Source: an uncultured Actinomycetes bacterium
Lineage (GTDB): Bacteria; Actinomycetota; Acidimicrobiia; Acidimicrobiales; SZUA-35
DNA: 64,000 bases
Assembly (NCBI GenBank): GCA_902826025.1
Contig: CADEDH010000020.1
Location: 5,012 to 69,011, forward strand
Reading direction: 5' to 3'
This document shows, in pieces, positions 36,906 through 47,039 of this stretch (positions are counted from its first letter, which is position 1; each line of letters opens with the position of its first letter). Made by a program: the position numbers and the translations under genes. A model generated the notes under the pieces. The model was not told the origin of the DNA, searched no databases, and saw only the letters and a list, made by a program, of their open reading frames with translations.

Positions 36906-37967
36906 ATGACTCCACGCGCGCAGCTCTCACGTTCCGGCTCCGGCCGCCGCCGGCTCCTGATCGCCGTCGCCGCTGTGCTGAGCACCCTCGCCGCCTGCTC
37001 CGACGACCGCGGCAGCCAGGGGTCGGCGCCGTCGTCGGTGACGCTGGGCAGCGCCGAGGCCGGCGATCCCGCCGTGCCGGCGGCGGCCGACGTCACCGTT
37101 CCCGAAGGTCCGATCGGGCCGCCGCTGGCCGCCGCCGCCCCGGCCGCCGACATCCTGCAGGCCGTCGAGGACGCCCACGGGCCCACCGTGGACGCCACGG
37201 CCCAGATCCGCCGGTTCACCGACTTCCCGGCGTTGGCCACTCCCGACGGGGCGGTGCTCACCGAGCTCCGGGCTGACGCCCGCAACACGGTGGACGGCCA
37301 GGCTGTCACCATCACGTCGGATCTGGCTCTCTCGGCCCGGCTCGGCCTCGACGAGCTGACCACGTTCTACCGAGACCAGTTGGTGGCCCTGGGGTGGGCC
37401 GTCACCCTCGACTCGGCGGCCACCGGCCCCGGAGCCGACGCCGCCGTCCACCGTCTGGCCTTCCAGGCCCCCGAAAGCCCCTACCCACTCGACGACCTCA
37501 CGATTGAGGTGGCCCCCGGCCCGGTCGCCCCCGCCGGGCCCGACGGCGGCCAACCGCCGCCGACGAGCACGGCCCGGCTGCACTACGTGGAGCAGGTGCC
37601 CGCGGGCGAGACCACCGTCCTCCAGCGGTTCCAGGGCTGGGCCACCGGTCTGCCGCTGCCCGTGGGGGGCACGATCACGGGCGCCGGCATCCAGACCAGC
37701 AGCGAGGGCCGGGAGAGCCTGTATTACACCCTCACCGTCACCTACGGCTCGGGCAGCGACCCGGCGGCCCTGGCCGACGCCGTGCGCCGCTCGTTGCCGA
37801 CGCCCGAGTTCTCGGTCGATCCCAAGCCCCCCACCGGCGACGCCCTCGACAACTGGGTCTACCTCACCAGCCCGTTCTTCGCCGACGCCCGCTTGAGCCC
37901 CCACCAGACAGCGGCCGGTCCGATCCTGGTGAACGTGAACGCCCGAGTGCCGTTCACCCCCCGGTGA
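36906..37967 (+). CDS. Hypothetical lipoprotein
   Basis: Arg-rich n-region and lipobox LAAC; I recognise no domain. Confidence 0.7.
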   Translation: MTPRAQLSRSGSGRRRLLIAVAAVLSTLAACSDDRGSQGSAPSSVTLGSAEAGDPAVPAAADVTVPEGPIGPPLAAAAPAADILQAVEDAHGPTVDATAQIRRFTDFPALATPDGAVLTELRADARNTVDGQAVTITSDLALSARLGLDELTTFYRDQLVALGWAVTLDSAATGPGADAAVHRLAFQAPESPYPLDDLTIEVAPGPVAPAGPDGGQPPPTSTARLHYVEQVPAGETTVLQRFQGWATGLPLPVGGTITGAGIQTSSEGRESLYYTLTVTYGSGSDPAALADAVRRSLPTPEFSVDPKPPTGDALDNWVYLTSPFFADARLSPHQTAAGPILVNVNARVPFTPR

Positions 37968-37970
37968 CCG

Positions 37971-39158
37971 TCAGCGACCGCTGACGGCCGGGCACCCGCT
38001 GGCCGCCAGGTCGCCCGTGAACGGGCCCCGATCATGGCTGACGGCATGGCTGACGTCCCAGAACTTCTGCCCGTATGGCGTGAGGTTGCCGCTGTTGTCG
38101 GCTGTCCAGAACCCGCTCCGGTCGTTCTTGAGAGCGTAGAGGGAGAAATAGGCCTCGTCGCCGGTGGCGTGCCACCACAGCAGGCCGACCCCGTACCGGG
38201 GGCCGAGCTCGACCATGGCGTCGAACCCGGTGATGTTCCACTCCCACGGTCCGGCGTTGCCCCACTCCTGGGGTGTTGCCACACCCATCTCACCCACCAC
38301 CAGTGCCATCCCCTTGCGCTGGGCCGCCTGGATCATCGCCTCGTGGTCGGCCACCGTGCCCTGCTTGCCGGCGATGGCGCCGTAGGCGTGCCAGCCGAAT
38401 ACGGTGTTGCAGGCGGCATTGATCTTGTCGCCGGCTTTGCCATTCACCACCAGGTCGATGCCCTGGGACCACATCGGCAGGTCGACCACGATCAGGTTGT
38501 CGGCCCCGGCCTTGCGGATCCGGTCGACATAGAACTCGTGGAGCTTGGCCCAGCGGGCCGTGTTCCCCTTGGAGTCGGGCTCGTTGTAGATGTTGAACCA
38601 CACGTACGGATTGTCCTTGTACCGACGCACCATCTCGTCCCAGAAGCGGCGGATCCGCTTGTCCCGGGAGCTGCCCAGCGTGGGGTTCTTGCCGGTCTGG
38701 TCGTGGCATTCGAGCATCACAACGATCTTGGCCTCGGTGAGCTGGCGGATCACCGGGTCGATGCCGTTCACCAACTCGGTGAACCTGGGCACGCCGGAGC
38801 GGTTGTCGCAGATCAGGCTGGCCCGGATCGTGTTCCAGTTCCAGGCCTTCACGCTGTCCAGGTGGTCGTTGACCCCACCGTTGTTGCCCTCGAACACGTA
38901 GCCGTAGGGAGTGAACTTGATGGCGGCGTTGGCCCCGATGGGATAGAAGATGTGGCCGTCGGGACCGACGATGTCGGATCCCACCACGTAGAACCGCCCG
39001 GTGGCGGGGTTGGGCGGGGCGGTGGGCCCGGCCGGGTCCCCGGCGCCGGTAGCCGGTGTGGCCGGTGTGGTGGCCACCGCCAGCACCAGGCAGAGCAGGG
39101 TGGCGAGGGCGGCCAGGACGCGGCGGACGGCGGGCGGGAGCGCCGGGGCGGGAACCAT
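37971..39158 (-). CDS. Secreted glycoside hydrolase family 5 (cellulase/mannanase-like)
   Basis: Signal peptide; WNTIR, ECHD, acid/base [14 protein letters not shown], nucleophile VVGEMG, LLWW. Confidence 0.85.
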   Translation of the reverse strand: MVPAPALPPAVRRVLAALATLLCLVLAVATTPATPATGAGDPAGPTAPPNPATGRFYVVGSDIVGPDGHIFYPIGANAAIKFTPYGYVFEGNNGGVNDHLDSVKAWNWNTIRASLICDNRSGVPRFTELVNGIDPVIRQLTEAKIVVMLECHDQTGKNPTLGSSRDKRIRRFWDEMVRRYKDNPYVWFNIYNEPDSKGNTARWAKLHEFYVDRIRKAGADNLIVVDLPMWSQGIDLVVNGKAGDKINAACNTVFGWHAYGAIAGKQGTVADHEAMIQAAQRKGMALVVGEMGVATPQEWGNAGPWEWNITGFDAMVELGPRYGVGLLWWHATGDEAYFSLYALKNDRSGFWTADNSGNLTPYGQKFWDVSHAVSHDRGPFTGDLAASGCPAVSGR

Positions 39159-39228
39159 GCCCCTCCCGTCGGTGGCTCACCGCCCGCGGTTGATGGGTCG
39201 AACGACCGGGTGGCAGAAGAACGACCGA

Positions 39229-39306
39229 GCCGGCGGTCCCGGGTGGGAGCCGCCGGCCCGATCGGGGTCGTATGCAGTTCGGCGTCAGCCGGCCCGGTGG
39301 GCCGGC
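39229..39306. terminator. Two GC-rich hairpins between etfA and the GH5 gene
   Basis: GCCGGCGG/CCGCCGGC with inner TCCC/GGGA (39229-39257) and GCCGGCCC-ggt-GGGCCGGC (39288-39306). Confidence 0.45.
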
Positions 39307-39313
39307 CGGGCCC

Positions 39314-40282
39314 TCAGCGCTTGGACAGCGCCTCCAGGATCTGGGGCATCACCTTGTGGACGTCGCCCACGATGCCCAGGTCGGCCACGGCGAAGATCGG
39401 GGCCTCAGGATCCTTGTTGATGGCGATGATGTTCTTGGACCCCTTCATGCCCACCAGGTGCTGGGTGGCGCCGGAGATGCCGCAGGCGATGTACACCGTG
39501 GGCTTCACCACCTTGCCGGTCTGGCCCACCTGCTGGGAGTAGGGCACCCAGCCGGCGTCCACGATGGCCCGGGAGGCGCCGGCCGCCCCCTTGAGCGCCT
39601 TGGCCAGATCGGCCACCATCGAGTACTTCGACGCCTCACCCAGGCCCCGGCCGCCGGACACCACGATGGCGGCCTCGTCGAGCTTCGGGCCCTCCGACTC
39701 CTCCACATGGCGCTCGGTGACCACGGCGCCCCCGGAGGCGCCCAGGTCGGGCACGTCGAGGTCTTCCACGTCGGCCGAGCCGCCGCCCGAGGGCTCGGGG
39801 GCGAACGACTTCGGGCGGACCAGGACGATGAACGGGCCCTCGCCGGTGAACTTGGTCTTCACGTCGGTGGTGCCGCCGAACACGGGCTCGGAGGCCACCA
39901 GGGCGTCTCCGTCGAGCTCGAGGTCCACGCAGTTGGTGAGCACCGTGCGGTCGAGCTTGACCGACAGGCGGGCGGCCGTGTCGCGGCCGTCGTAGGTGGT
40001 GGCGGCCAGGATGGCGTCGGGGCCGTCGCCCGCTTCCACCGCGGCGACGATGGCGGCGGCCAGCGGCACGCCCACCAGGGCCCCCTCCAGGTCGCCGGTC
40101 TGGTGGACGGTCTCGCAGCCGTACTCGCCGAGCGTGTCGGCCAGGTCGTCGGCGTCGTCGCCGGCGTAGACGCACTCCACGGTGTCGGCCAGCTCACGGG
40201 CCTTGGTCAGCAGCTCCAGGGTGGTGGTGGCCACCTCGCCGTCGACGGCCTCGGCCAGGACCCAGATCTTGGACAGTGTCAT
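39314..40282 (-). CDS. etfA: Electron transfer flavoprotein alpha subunit
   Basis: [44 protein letters not shown]. Confidence 0.95.
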   Translation of the reverse strand: MTLSKIWVLAEAVDGEVATTTLELLTKARELADTVECVYAGDDADDLADTLGEYGCETVHQTGDLEGALVGVPLAAAIVAAVEAGDGPDAILAATTYDGRDTAARLSVKLDRTVLTNCVDLELDGDALVASEPVFGGTTDVKTKFTGEGPFIVLVRPKSFAPEPSGGGSADVEDLDVPDLGASGGAVVTERHVEESEGPKLDEAAIVVSGGRGLGEASKYSMVADLAKALKGAAGASRAIVDAGWVPYSQQVGQTGKVVKPTVYIACGISGATQHLVGMKGSKNIIAINKDPEAPIFAVADLGIVGDVHKVMPQILEALSKR

Positions 40283-40297
40283 GTGCCTCTCCCGCTC

Positions 40298-41080
40298 TCA
40301 GATGACCTTCAGGTTCTCGAGGAACTCGATCACCTTGGTGTAGGACTCGCCGTCGTCTTCTACGACCTCGCCCGCCGACCGGGCCGGGGCGGCCGCGATG
40401 TCGACGATCTCCTGGCCGGCGCCGGCCCAGCCGACCTGGCCGGCGTCGAAGCCGAGGTCGGCGGCGGTGCGCTCGTCGACCGGCTTCGACTTGGCCGCCA
40501 TGATCCCCTTGAACGAGGGGTACCGGGGCTCCACGACGCCGGCCGTCACGCTCACCACGCAGGGCAGGGAGCAGGTGACGTCGTCGTAGCCGGCGTTCGT
40601 CTGGCGCTGGATCTGTACCTGGCCGCCGTCGACGGTGATGGCCTTGGCCGCCGTGATCGACGGCAGGTCGAGCACGGCGGCGATCTGGGTGGGCACGGTG
40701 CCGGTGTAGCCGTCGGAGCTCTCCGACCCGGAGATCACCAGATCGACCCCATCACGCTCGCCGATGGCGGCGGCCAGCAGCTTGGCCGTGGTGAGGGCGT
40801 CGGAGCCGAGCAAGGCCGGATCGGAGATCAGGGTGGCCGAGGCGGCGCCCATGGCCAGCGCCGTAGCCAGACCCGAACGCTCGTTGTTGGGGGCCATCGA
40901 GACCAGGTGGACGGAGCCTTCGCCCGCCTTGTCGACCAGCTGCAGCGCCATCTCCACGCCGTAGGTGTCCGACTCGTCGAGGATCAGCTTGACGTCCCGC
41001 TTGAGTGTCTTGGTACCGGGGTCAAGCGCCCCCGGATCAGCCGGATCAGGGATTTGTTTCACGCACACGACCACATTCAT
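40298..41080 (-). CDS. etfB: Electron transfer flavoprotein beta subunit
   Basis: VCVKQIPD, ALAMGA, GSESSDG, PRYPSFKGIM; TACCAT -10 box 7 nt before ATG 41080. Confidence 0.95.
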   Translation of the reverse strand: MNVVVCVKQIPDPADPGALDPGTKTLKRDVKLILDESDTYGVEMALQLVDKAGEGSVHLVSMAPNNERSGLATALAMGAASATLISDPALLGSDALTTAKLLAAAIGERDGVDLVISGSESSDGYTGTVPTQIAAVLDLPSITAAKAITVDGGQVQIQRQTNAGYDDVTCSLPCVVSVTAGVVEPRYPSFKGIMAAKSKPVDERTAADLGFDAGQVGWAGAGQEIVDIAAAPARSAGEVVEDDGESYTKVIEFLENLKVI

Positions 41081-41126
41081 GGCGGGGATGGTAGGCGACT
41101 GGATCGGCCACGGCACACTTGTGCCG

Positions 41127-42047
41127 GTGCGACTGGCCCTGATCGTCAACCCCATCGCCTCGTCGGTCACCAGACGGGCGCTGGTGGTCATCCAGAAGGC
41201 CCTGTCGTCGGACCATTCGCTCACCGTGTCGGAGACGAACCGCAAGGGCCAGGCCATACGCCTGGCCCACGCCGCGGCCCGGGCCGGGGCCGATGTGATC
41301 GTGGCCCTGGGGGGCGATGGCACCATCAATGAGGTGGCGAACGGGGTGCTGGGTGAGGCCTGCGCCGTTGCCCCCCTGCCGGGCGGTTCCACCAACGTGT
41401 TCGCCCGGGCCGTGGGCTACCCCAACGACGCCATCGAGGCCACCGGGGTACTGCTGGAGGCGCTGGCCGCCAACCGCTCGGTGATGGCCAGCGTGGGCCT
41501 GGCCAACGACCGGGCCTTCCTGTTCCACTGCGGGGTGGGCTACGACGCGGCGGTGGTGGACCGGGTGGAGCGCCGGGGTGTGCTGAAGCGCTACCTCGGC
41601 CATCCCCTGTTCATCGGCGCCGCCGTGGCCACCTGGTTCCGCGACGCCGAGCGCCGCCGGGGCGGGTTCTCAGTGGAAACCGACTCCGGGCTGAGCGCTC
41701 GGGGGATCAAACAGCTGGTGGCCATGAACACCCGGCCCTACACCTATCTCGGCGCCAAGCCGATCGACCTGGCGCCCGAGGCGGGGCTCGACACCCCTCT
41801 CACCGTGCTGGCCCTCACCTCGCTGTCGCCCCGGGTGCTGCCGTCCCTGGCCCAGGGCCTGAGCCGCGCCGGCGGCCTGCCCAGCCGGGGGGCCGCCCGC
41901 CATTGGGCCGGCGTGCACTCAGCGGTTGTGACCTCGGCGCGGCCCGTGCCCTGGCAGCTCGACGGCGAGGCCATGACCCCGGCCACCGAGCTCCGCCTGG
42001 CCCATCGGCCCGAGGCGTTGCGCCTGATCGTCCCCGACCACCACTGA
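41127..42047 (+). CDS. Diacylglycerol kinase family protein
   Basis: IVNP, GGDGTINEV, LPGGSTNVFAR, GVGYDA, QLDGE. Confidence 0.9.
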   Translation: MRLALIVNPIASSVTRRALVVIQKALSSDHSLTVSETNRKGQAIRLAHAAARAGADVIVALGGDGTINEVANGVLGEACAVAPLPGGSTNVFARAVGYPNDAIEATGVLLEALAANRSVMASVGLANDRAFLFHCGVGYDAAVVDRVERRGVLKRYLGHPLFIGAAVATWFRDAERRRGGFSVETDSGLSARGIKQLVAMNTRPYTYLGAKPIDLAPEAGLDTPLTVLALTSLSPRVLPSLAQGLSRAGGLPSRGAARHWAGVHSAVVTSARPVPWQLDGEAMTPATELRLAHRPEALRLIVPDHH

Positions 42048-42061
42048 GCCCCCCGCCCGAG

Positions 42062-42769
42062 TCAGAGATCCCGGAGGGCGGCCACGGCGGAGGCCGGGTC
42101 GTTGGTGATGATGGCGTCGACCCCGAGGCGGGCCAGGGCCCGGATGCGGTCGGGGTGGTCGACCGTCCAGACGTTCACGGCCAGTCCGGCGTCGTGGGCG
42201 GTACCCACCAGCCCGGCATCGACCAGGGTGTCCTGGGGGTTCAGGGCCTGCATCCCGGCTCCGGCCGCCCGGGCCACCCATGCCCCGGCGTCGCCCGGGG
42301 TGCCGGTCCACACCAGCCAGGCCACGGCCAGATCAGGCGCCGCCTCCCGGGCCCGACGCACCGTGGCCCAGTCGAACGACGACAGCAGCACCCGCCGCCC
42401 GGCGCGGTGGGCCGCCACCTCGTTCACCACGTGGTCGACCAGGGCACCCGACGGGTCGTGGTCGGGCTCGTCGGGATCGTTCTTGATCTCGATGTTCACG
42501 AACCACGGACCAGCGGTCAGAACCTCACCCAGGCTGGGTACCGACGGTGGCAGTTCACCACGCCGGGTGGCGCCGACTAGACGGCCGTCTGAAAGATTGG
42601 CGTCATGATGGACTACCAGGTCGCCGCCAGCGGCCCACCGGACGTCGATTTCGATGCCATCTGCCCCCTGGGCGACAGCTAAGCGAAAGGCGGCCATCGT
42701 GTTCTCGGGTGCCGCGGCCGACGCCCCCCGGTGGCCGATGACCTGCGGTTTCACCGTTCCCCCCACCAT
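42062..42769 (-). CDS. Glycerophosphodiester phosphodiesterase
   Basis: GHRGAS, PENT, IEIDV, VHHD, NIEIK, SSF, WTVD, DAIITN. Confidence 0.92.
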   Translation of the reverse strand: MVGGTVKPQVIGHRGASAAAPENTMAAFRLAVAQGADGIEIDVRWAAGGDLVVHHDANLSDGRLVGATRRGELPPSVPSLGEVLTAGPWFVNIEIKNDPDEPDHDPSGALVDHVVNEVAAHRAGRRVLLSSFDWATVRRAREAAPDLAVAWLVWTGTPGDAGAWVARAAGAGMQALNPQDTLVDAGLVGTAHDAGLAVNVWTVDHPDRIRALARLGVDAIITNDPASAVAALRDL

Positions 42770-42892
42770 CCCCGAGCGAGGGTACGCCTGCCGCTACGGT
42801 CACCCCGTCACCCGGTCGAAAGATCTTGTGAACTGCGTGTGACATCCAGCGACATCAACTCTTTACGAGGTTCTAACCAATCGACTAGACTC

Positions 42893-42908
42893 CGTGACAC
42901 GGATCACG
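42893..42908. promoter_or_regulatory. CRP/GlxR-type binding site upstream of whiB1
   Basis: CGTGA-cacgga-TCACG matches YGTGA-N6-TCACR; it directly follows a TAGACT -10-like box (42886-42891). Confidence 0.65.
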
Positions 42909-43051
42909 TCGGCCAGGTCAGCAGCCTAGCAGCTGCACCCTTCCTGGTCTGACGCGCCCGTGAGCAAGCGAGCTGAGTAGCCGTTGTGCAATGAAGGACA
43001 AACGTAGCTACACGACTGAAGTTGTACCCAACGCCACACCGGGGAGGAAGA

Positions 43052-43393
43052 GTGGCAGTAGCTAACTGGGACGTCGTTTCACCCGAATTTGCTGAATTCG
43101 AACGAATTGCCCAACGGCTGGCCGATCGGTCAGTTGCCCCTAAGCCCGACTTGTCCTGGCGCCTTGAGGCGTCATGCCGTGACACGAGCCCCACGCTGTT
43201 CTTCCCTATCGGGACGACCGGCCAGGCCGTGGATCAGATCGCGGCGGCAAAGGAGGTGTGCATGGGCTGCCCGGCCCGTGTTCCCTGCCTGGAGTTTGCT
43301 CTGAGCACCAATCAGGACTCCGGTGTATGGGGTGCCACCTCGGAAGAGGAGCGCCGCCACCTGCGTCGGACCTACCTGAGCCGGCGTCGTTGA
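43052..43393 (+). CDS. whiB1: WhiB1-like Fe-S transcription factor
   Basis: W...A-x-CRD..P-x-LFFPIG.TG-x-A..QI..AK-x-VC..CP.R..CL.FAL.TNQDSGVWG..SEEERR; GGGGAGG SD; synteny with DAGK and pdtaS. Confidence 0.9.
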   Translation: MAVANWDVVSPEFAEFERIAQRLADRSVAPKPDLSWRLEASCRDTSPTLFFPIGTTGQAVDQIAAAKEVCMGCPARVPCLEFALSTNQDSGVWGATSEEERRHLRRTYLSRRR

Positions 43394-43415
43394 TTCGTCG
43401 TCGTCGATAGCGAGC

Positions 43416-43441
43416 CGGCGGCACATCAGCGAGTGCCGCCG
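43416..43441. terminator. Hairpin between convergent whiB1 and pdtaS
   Basis: CGGCGGCAC-N8-GTGCCGCCG. Confidence 0.55.
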
Positions 43442-43494
43442 CCTCAAACCACTCGTCTCCGTTCCGGCGGTGCCGACCCGCCGGAGGCGAGACG

Positions 43495-44940
43495 TCAGCG
43501 GGGAGCGAGTGAGACCGTGAGCTGAGCCACGGTCCCCCTTTCCGGTGCTGTGGCCGGACGGATGGTGAGTCGGCCGCCGAGTTCACCTTTGACGAGGGTG
43601 TTGATGATCGTCAGGCCGAGGCCAGGCTCGGCGTCGAGGTCGAAGCCGTCGGGCAGACCGACCCCGTTGTCGTGGACGCTGACCGTCATCTCGGTGTTGG
43701 AGTAGACGAGCTCCACCGTCACCGTGCCCCCGTCGGACCCGGGTGGGAACCCGTGCTCCACCGCGTTCTGCACCAGCTCGTTGAGCACCACGGCCAGCGA
43801 GCTGGCGGCGGTGGTGTTGAGCACCGGGCCGTCGCCCAGCAGGCGGATCTGGATGGGTGCCACCCCGTTGTGGGCGGCCATGTCGAGGATTGGACGCACC
43901 ACATCGCCGAAGATCACGTCGTCGCCGCCGCCGCGGGACAGCAGCTCGTGCACGATGGCGATGGTGGCGATGCGCCGCTCGGCCTCGTTGATGGCCTCCT
44001 TGGCCTCCGGCGCTGTCACCCGCCGAGCCTGGATCCGCAGCAGCGACGACACCGTCTGCAGGTTGTTCTTCACCCGGTGGTGGATCTCCCGGATGGTGGC
44101 GTCCATCGATACCAGCAGCCGCTCCCGGCTCCGCAGCTCCGACACGTCGCGCATGAGCACGAGCGCCCCGTCGACCACGCCGTTGGTGATGAGGGGCACG
44201 ATGCGGGCCATGATCGTGACGTCGTCGGTGCGCTCCAGCTCCTCGGTGGCCGGCACCTTGAGGGTGAACACGGTGCGGGCCGTCTCGCCCCGGAACCCCA
44301 GATCCTCCAGCTTGCGGCCGGCGATCGTTCCGTGGAAGCCGAGCCGGTGGAACGCCGACACGGCGTTGGGCGAGGAGTACACGACGGCGGTGAGCCGGTC
44401 GAGCACGAGCGCACCGTCGCCCACCCGGGGCGACTCCTCCGACTCCTCCTCGAACGGGAACGGGAAGTTCCCGTCGGCGATCATCTGGGCCAGCCGGTGG
44501 AAGACGCCGAGGTAGGCCAGCTCCAGATCGCCCAGCGGGCGATGGCCGAGGTGGGGCGACTCCCGGCTGACCACGGCGATCACGCGGCCCTTGCACGTGA
44601 CCGGAATGGCGGTGACCCGGGCCCGGGTGCCGGCCTCGGCCAGGTCGATCTCCTCCTCCACGATCTTGCCCGTAGCCAGAGACTCGGCGATCATCGGCCG
44701 GTTGGCCATCGGCACGAACCGGCCGATCTGGTCGTCGCGGTAGATGGTCTGGGCCGTGGTGGGCCGGATCTGGCCCAGGCAGACGAGCCGGTCGCCGGCC
44801 GAGGTGGGGGTCAACAGCAGGAGGTCGGCGAAACACAGGTCGGCCACCGGCCCCCAGGCCGCCACCAGGCGCCGCAGGTGCTCCCGTTCCTCCGACCCGA
44901 GCTCGGTGTGCCCTCGGGCGATGTCGCTCAGGCTGGCCAT
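43495..44940 (-). CDS. pdtaS: Cytoplasmic sensor histidine kinase PdtaS-like
   Basis: ADLCFADL, RPTT..T-x-Y, PRVGDG, REIHHRVKNNLQ, NELVQNAVEHG, DNGVG, GLGL; TAACCT 6 nt before the ATG. Confidence 0.92.
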   Translation of the reverse strand: MASLSDIARGHTELGSEEREHLRRLVAAWGPVADLCFADLLLLTPTSAGDRLVCLGQIRPTTAQTIYRDDQIGRFVPMANRPMIAESLATGKIVEEEIDLAEAGTRARVTAIPVTCKGRVIAVVSRESPHLGHRPLGDLELAYLGVFHRLAQMIADGNFPFPFEEESEESPRVGDGALVLDRLTAVVYSSPNAVSAFHRLGFHGTIAGRKLEDLGFRGETARTVFTLKVPATEELERTDDVTIMARIVPLITNGVVDGALVLMRDVSELRSRERLLVSMDATIREIHHRVKNNLQTVSSLLRIQARRVTAPEAKEAINEAERRIATIAIVHELLSRGGGDDVIFGDVVRPILDMAAHNGVAPIQIRLLGDGPVLNTTAASSLAVVLNELVQNAVEHGFPPGSDGGTVTVELVYSNTEMTVSVHDNGVGLPDGFDLDAEPGLGLTIINTLVKGELGGRLTIRPATAPERGTVAQLTVSLAPR

Positions 44941-45029
44941 CGGCTCAGGTTACCGGCGGCCCTGAAGACATCTGGAACTGTGGCGCCAGCGCGCAAAATG
45001 CACCATCTGGGGCCACAGATCGGCCCCGA

Positions 45030-46121
45030 CTACGAGAGAAGCGCCAGCAGCTGGGACACGGTGTTGACCGTGCCGGGCTGCCAGTCGACCGATCGGACGG
45101 CGAGCCCGGCCGGGCCGGCCGACCGACGGCCCCGGTGCAGGGCGGCCAGCGTCTGGTCGTGGCGGAGCAGATCGGTCATGGCCCGGGCCAGCGCGGGATC
45201 GTTCACCGCCCCCTCCACCATCTCGGCCGCCACCGCCCCCGGCGGCACGGCGGGCAGGGCCCGGTTGTGGAGCACGACGTCAGGGGCGTGACCCCGGACC
45301 GCCAGCTCGTCGAGCAGTAGGCCGGCGGCCTCCAGCGCTGCCGGTTCAGCCGTTGTCACCAGCACGTAGCCGGTGGCGGGATCGTCGAGCCGGCGACCCA
45401 CCTCCGCCGCCCGGGTCACCAGGCTCGGTTGGAGCTGGACGAAGAGCCAGAAGAACTCGGCGATGCCGGCCAGGAAACCCTGGCCCAGCAGGCGCTCGGC
45501 CACAGCCAGGAACGGCTTGGCCGTGACCCGGGCCAGCCGGGTCTGGTAGGGGGCGATGAGCCACCGCAGAAGTCGGGAGTCGAAGAACTCGACCATCCGA
45601 CCGGGGGCATCGAGGATGTCGATGGCGTGGGTGGACGGCGGAGTGTCGATCACCACCAGGTCGTAGCGACCGTCATCGGCCAGGTCGCACATGAGGTCGA
45701 GGGCGATGTAGTCGTGGCTCTGGACGAAGCGGGTGGTGAGCGAGCGGTACAGGGGGTTGGCCAGCAGGGCCTCGATCTGGGCCGGATCGGGCCCGTGGCG
45801 GCGCACCAGCTCATCCCACGAACGGCTCATGTCCACCATCAGGGCCCACAGGCGGCCGGCGGGGGCCGCCTTTCCCTTCACCTTCAGGGGAACCAGCACC
45901 GGGTCGGTCGGGAGCTGCTCCACCCCGAGGGCCTCGGCCAGGCGGCGGGCCGGGTCCACCGTGACCACGAGCACCCGACGACCGTGGTCCTGGGCCGCCC
46001 GGGCGGCCAGGGCGGCCGCCAGCGTGGTCTTCCCCACCCCGCCGGGGCCCACCACCAGCAGCACCGCCCGACTGGCCAGCAGCTCGTCGATGTCGGCCTC
46101 CGGACCACCGGTCGGGGTCAC
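45030..46121 (-). CDS. ArsA/Get3 family ATPase (second of pair)
   Basis: GPGGVGKTT, TVDPARRLA, DLVVIDTPP; overlaps the partner's stop. Confidence 0.88.
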   Translation of the reverse strand: MTPTGGPEADIDELLASRAVLLVVGPGGVGKTTLAAALAARAAQDHGRRVLVVTVDPARRLAEALGVEQLPTDPVLVPLKVKGKAAPAGRLWALMVDMSRSWDELVRRHGPDPAQIEALLANPLYRSLTTRFVQSHDYIALDLMCDLADDGRYDLVVIDTPPSTHAIDILDAPGRMVEFFDSRLLRWLIAPYQTRLARVTAKPFLAVAERLLGQGFLAGIAEFFWLFVQLQPSLVTRAAEVGRRLDDPATGYVLVTTAEPAALEAAGLLLDELAVRGHAPDVVLHNRALPAVPPGAVAAEMVEGAVNDPALARAMTDLLRHDQTLAALHRGRRSAGPAGLAVRSVDWQPGTVNTVSQLLALLS

Positions 46122-47011
46122 CACCGGGCGGCCGCCAGAGCATCGACCACGGCCTCGACCGGTCGGGTCGGCTGGTCGGGCACCTCCATCACGGGGCGGC
46201 CGAGGGCGGCCAGCCGCTCCCGTTGGGCGCACCAGGACCGGTGGCGGGCGACGGCCAGCGTGGCCACCGGAGCCAGTTGATCGTGGGCCGCCGCCAGGCG
46301 ACCGGCCTCGGCCTCGCCGGCCGGCCCGATCGCGGGCGGTAGACGGTTGGCCACCAGCGCCGACACCGTGACCTTCGTCTCGGAGGCCAGCCGGCCCACC
46401 AGCTCGGCCGTCTCAGTCACCACCAACTCCTCCCCCACCGACACGGCAACGACCCGGGTGATGGCCGGGTCGGCCAGCAGGGCCGAGAGCCACACCGTGT
46501 CGTCGCGCAGCGGGCCCCGGCCCACCAGCGGGCGCAGGGCGTCGGGCGCCCCCAGCAGCTCCACCACATGGCCGGTGGCCGGGGCGTCCACCACCACCCG
46601 GTCCCAGGCTCCGGTCCGGACCTCATGCCCGATCTTGCCGATGGCCAGGATCTCCCGCACGGCCGGCGCGGCCGTGGCCACGAACTCGAGGATGCGGGCC
46701 AGCGGACCGACCACCCGGGCCCCGGCGGCCAGCTTCAGATTCATCCGGAGGTACTGCTCCAGCGCCGCCTCAGTGTCGAGGGCGAGCAGGCTCGGACGAC
46801 CATCGCCGCCCGCCGTGATCAGGCCCGGCGTGACCGGGCGGTTCCAGGCCAGGGCCGAGGCGAGGCCGCCGGCGGCGGTGGCGTCGACGGCCAGCACCCG
46901 CTCCCCGGCCGCTGCCGCTCGTCGAGCGACGGCGGCCGACACGGTGCTACGACCGGCGCCGCCCTTGCCCACCACCACGAGCAGGCGGGCGTCGAGGGGC
47001 GAATCGGACGT
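46118..47011 (-). CDS. ArsA/Get3 family ATPase (first of pair); start inferred at near-cognate ACG
   Basis: RLLVVVGKGGAGRST, APAVREILAIGKI, VVDAPATGH; track start 46978 cuts into beta-strand 1. Confidence 0.8.
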   Translation of the reverse strand, partial: TSDSPLDARLLVVVGKGGAGRSTVSAAVARRAAAAGERVLAVDATAAGGLASALAWNRPVTPGLITAGGDGRPSLLALDTEAALEQYLRMNLKLAAGARVVGPLARILEFVATAAPAVREILAIGKIGHEVRTGAWDRVVVDAPATGHVVELLGAPDALRPLVGRGPLRDDTVWLSALLADPAITRVVAVSVGEELVVTETAELVGRLASETKVTVSALVANRLPPAIGPAGEAEAGRLAAAHDQLAPVATLAVARHRSWCAQRERLAALGRPVMEVPDQPTRPVEAVVDALAAARW

Positions 47012-47039
47012 GGCGGGGCCCCTCAGCGGGCGGAAGGGG

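Noticed and set aside
42823-42844. Third TGTCAC-N10-CAAGAT match on the minus strand upstream of the GDPD gene
   Set aside because: It lacks the GTGACT palindromic half and the gene is not repair-related; it may be chance, but should be re-tested in a genome-wide scan.
43495-44940. pdtaS without an adjacent response regulator
   Set aside because: PdtaS and PdtaR are normally unlinked in Actinobacteria, so this is not unusual.
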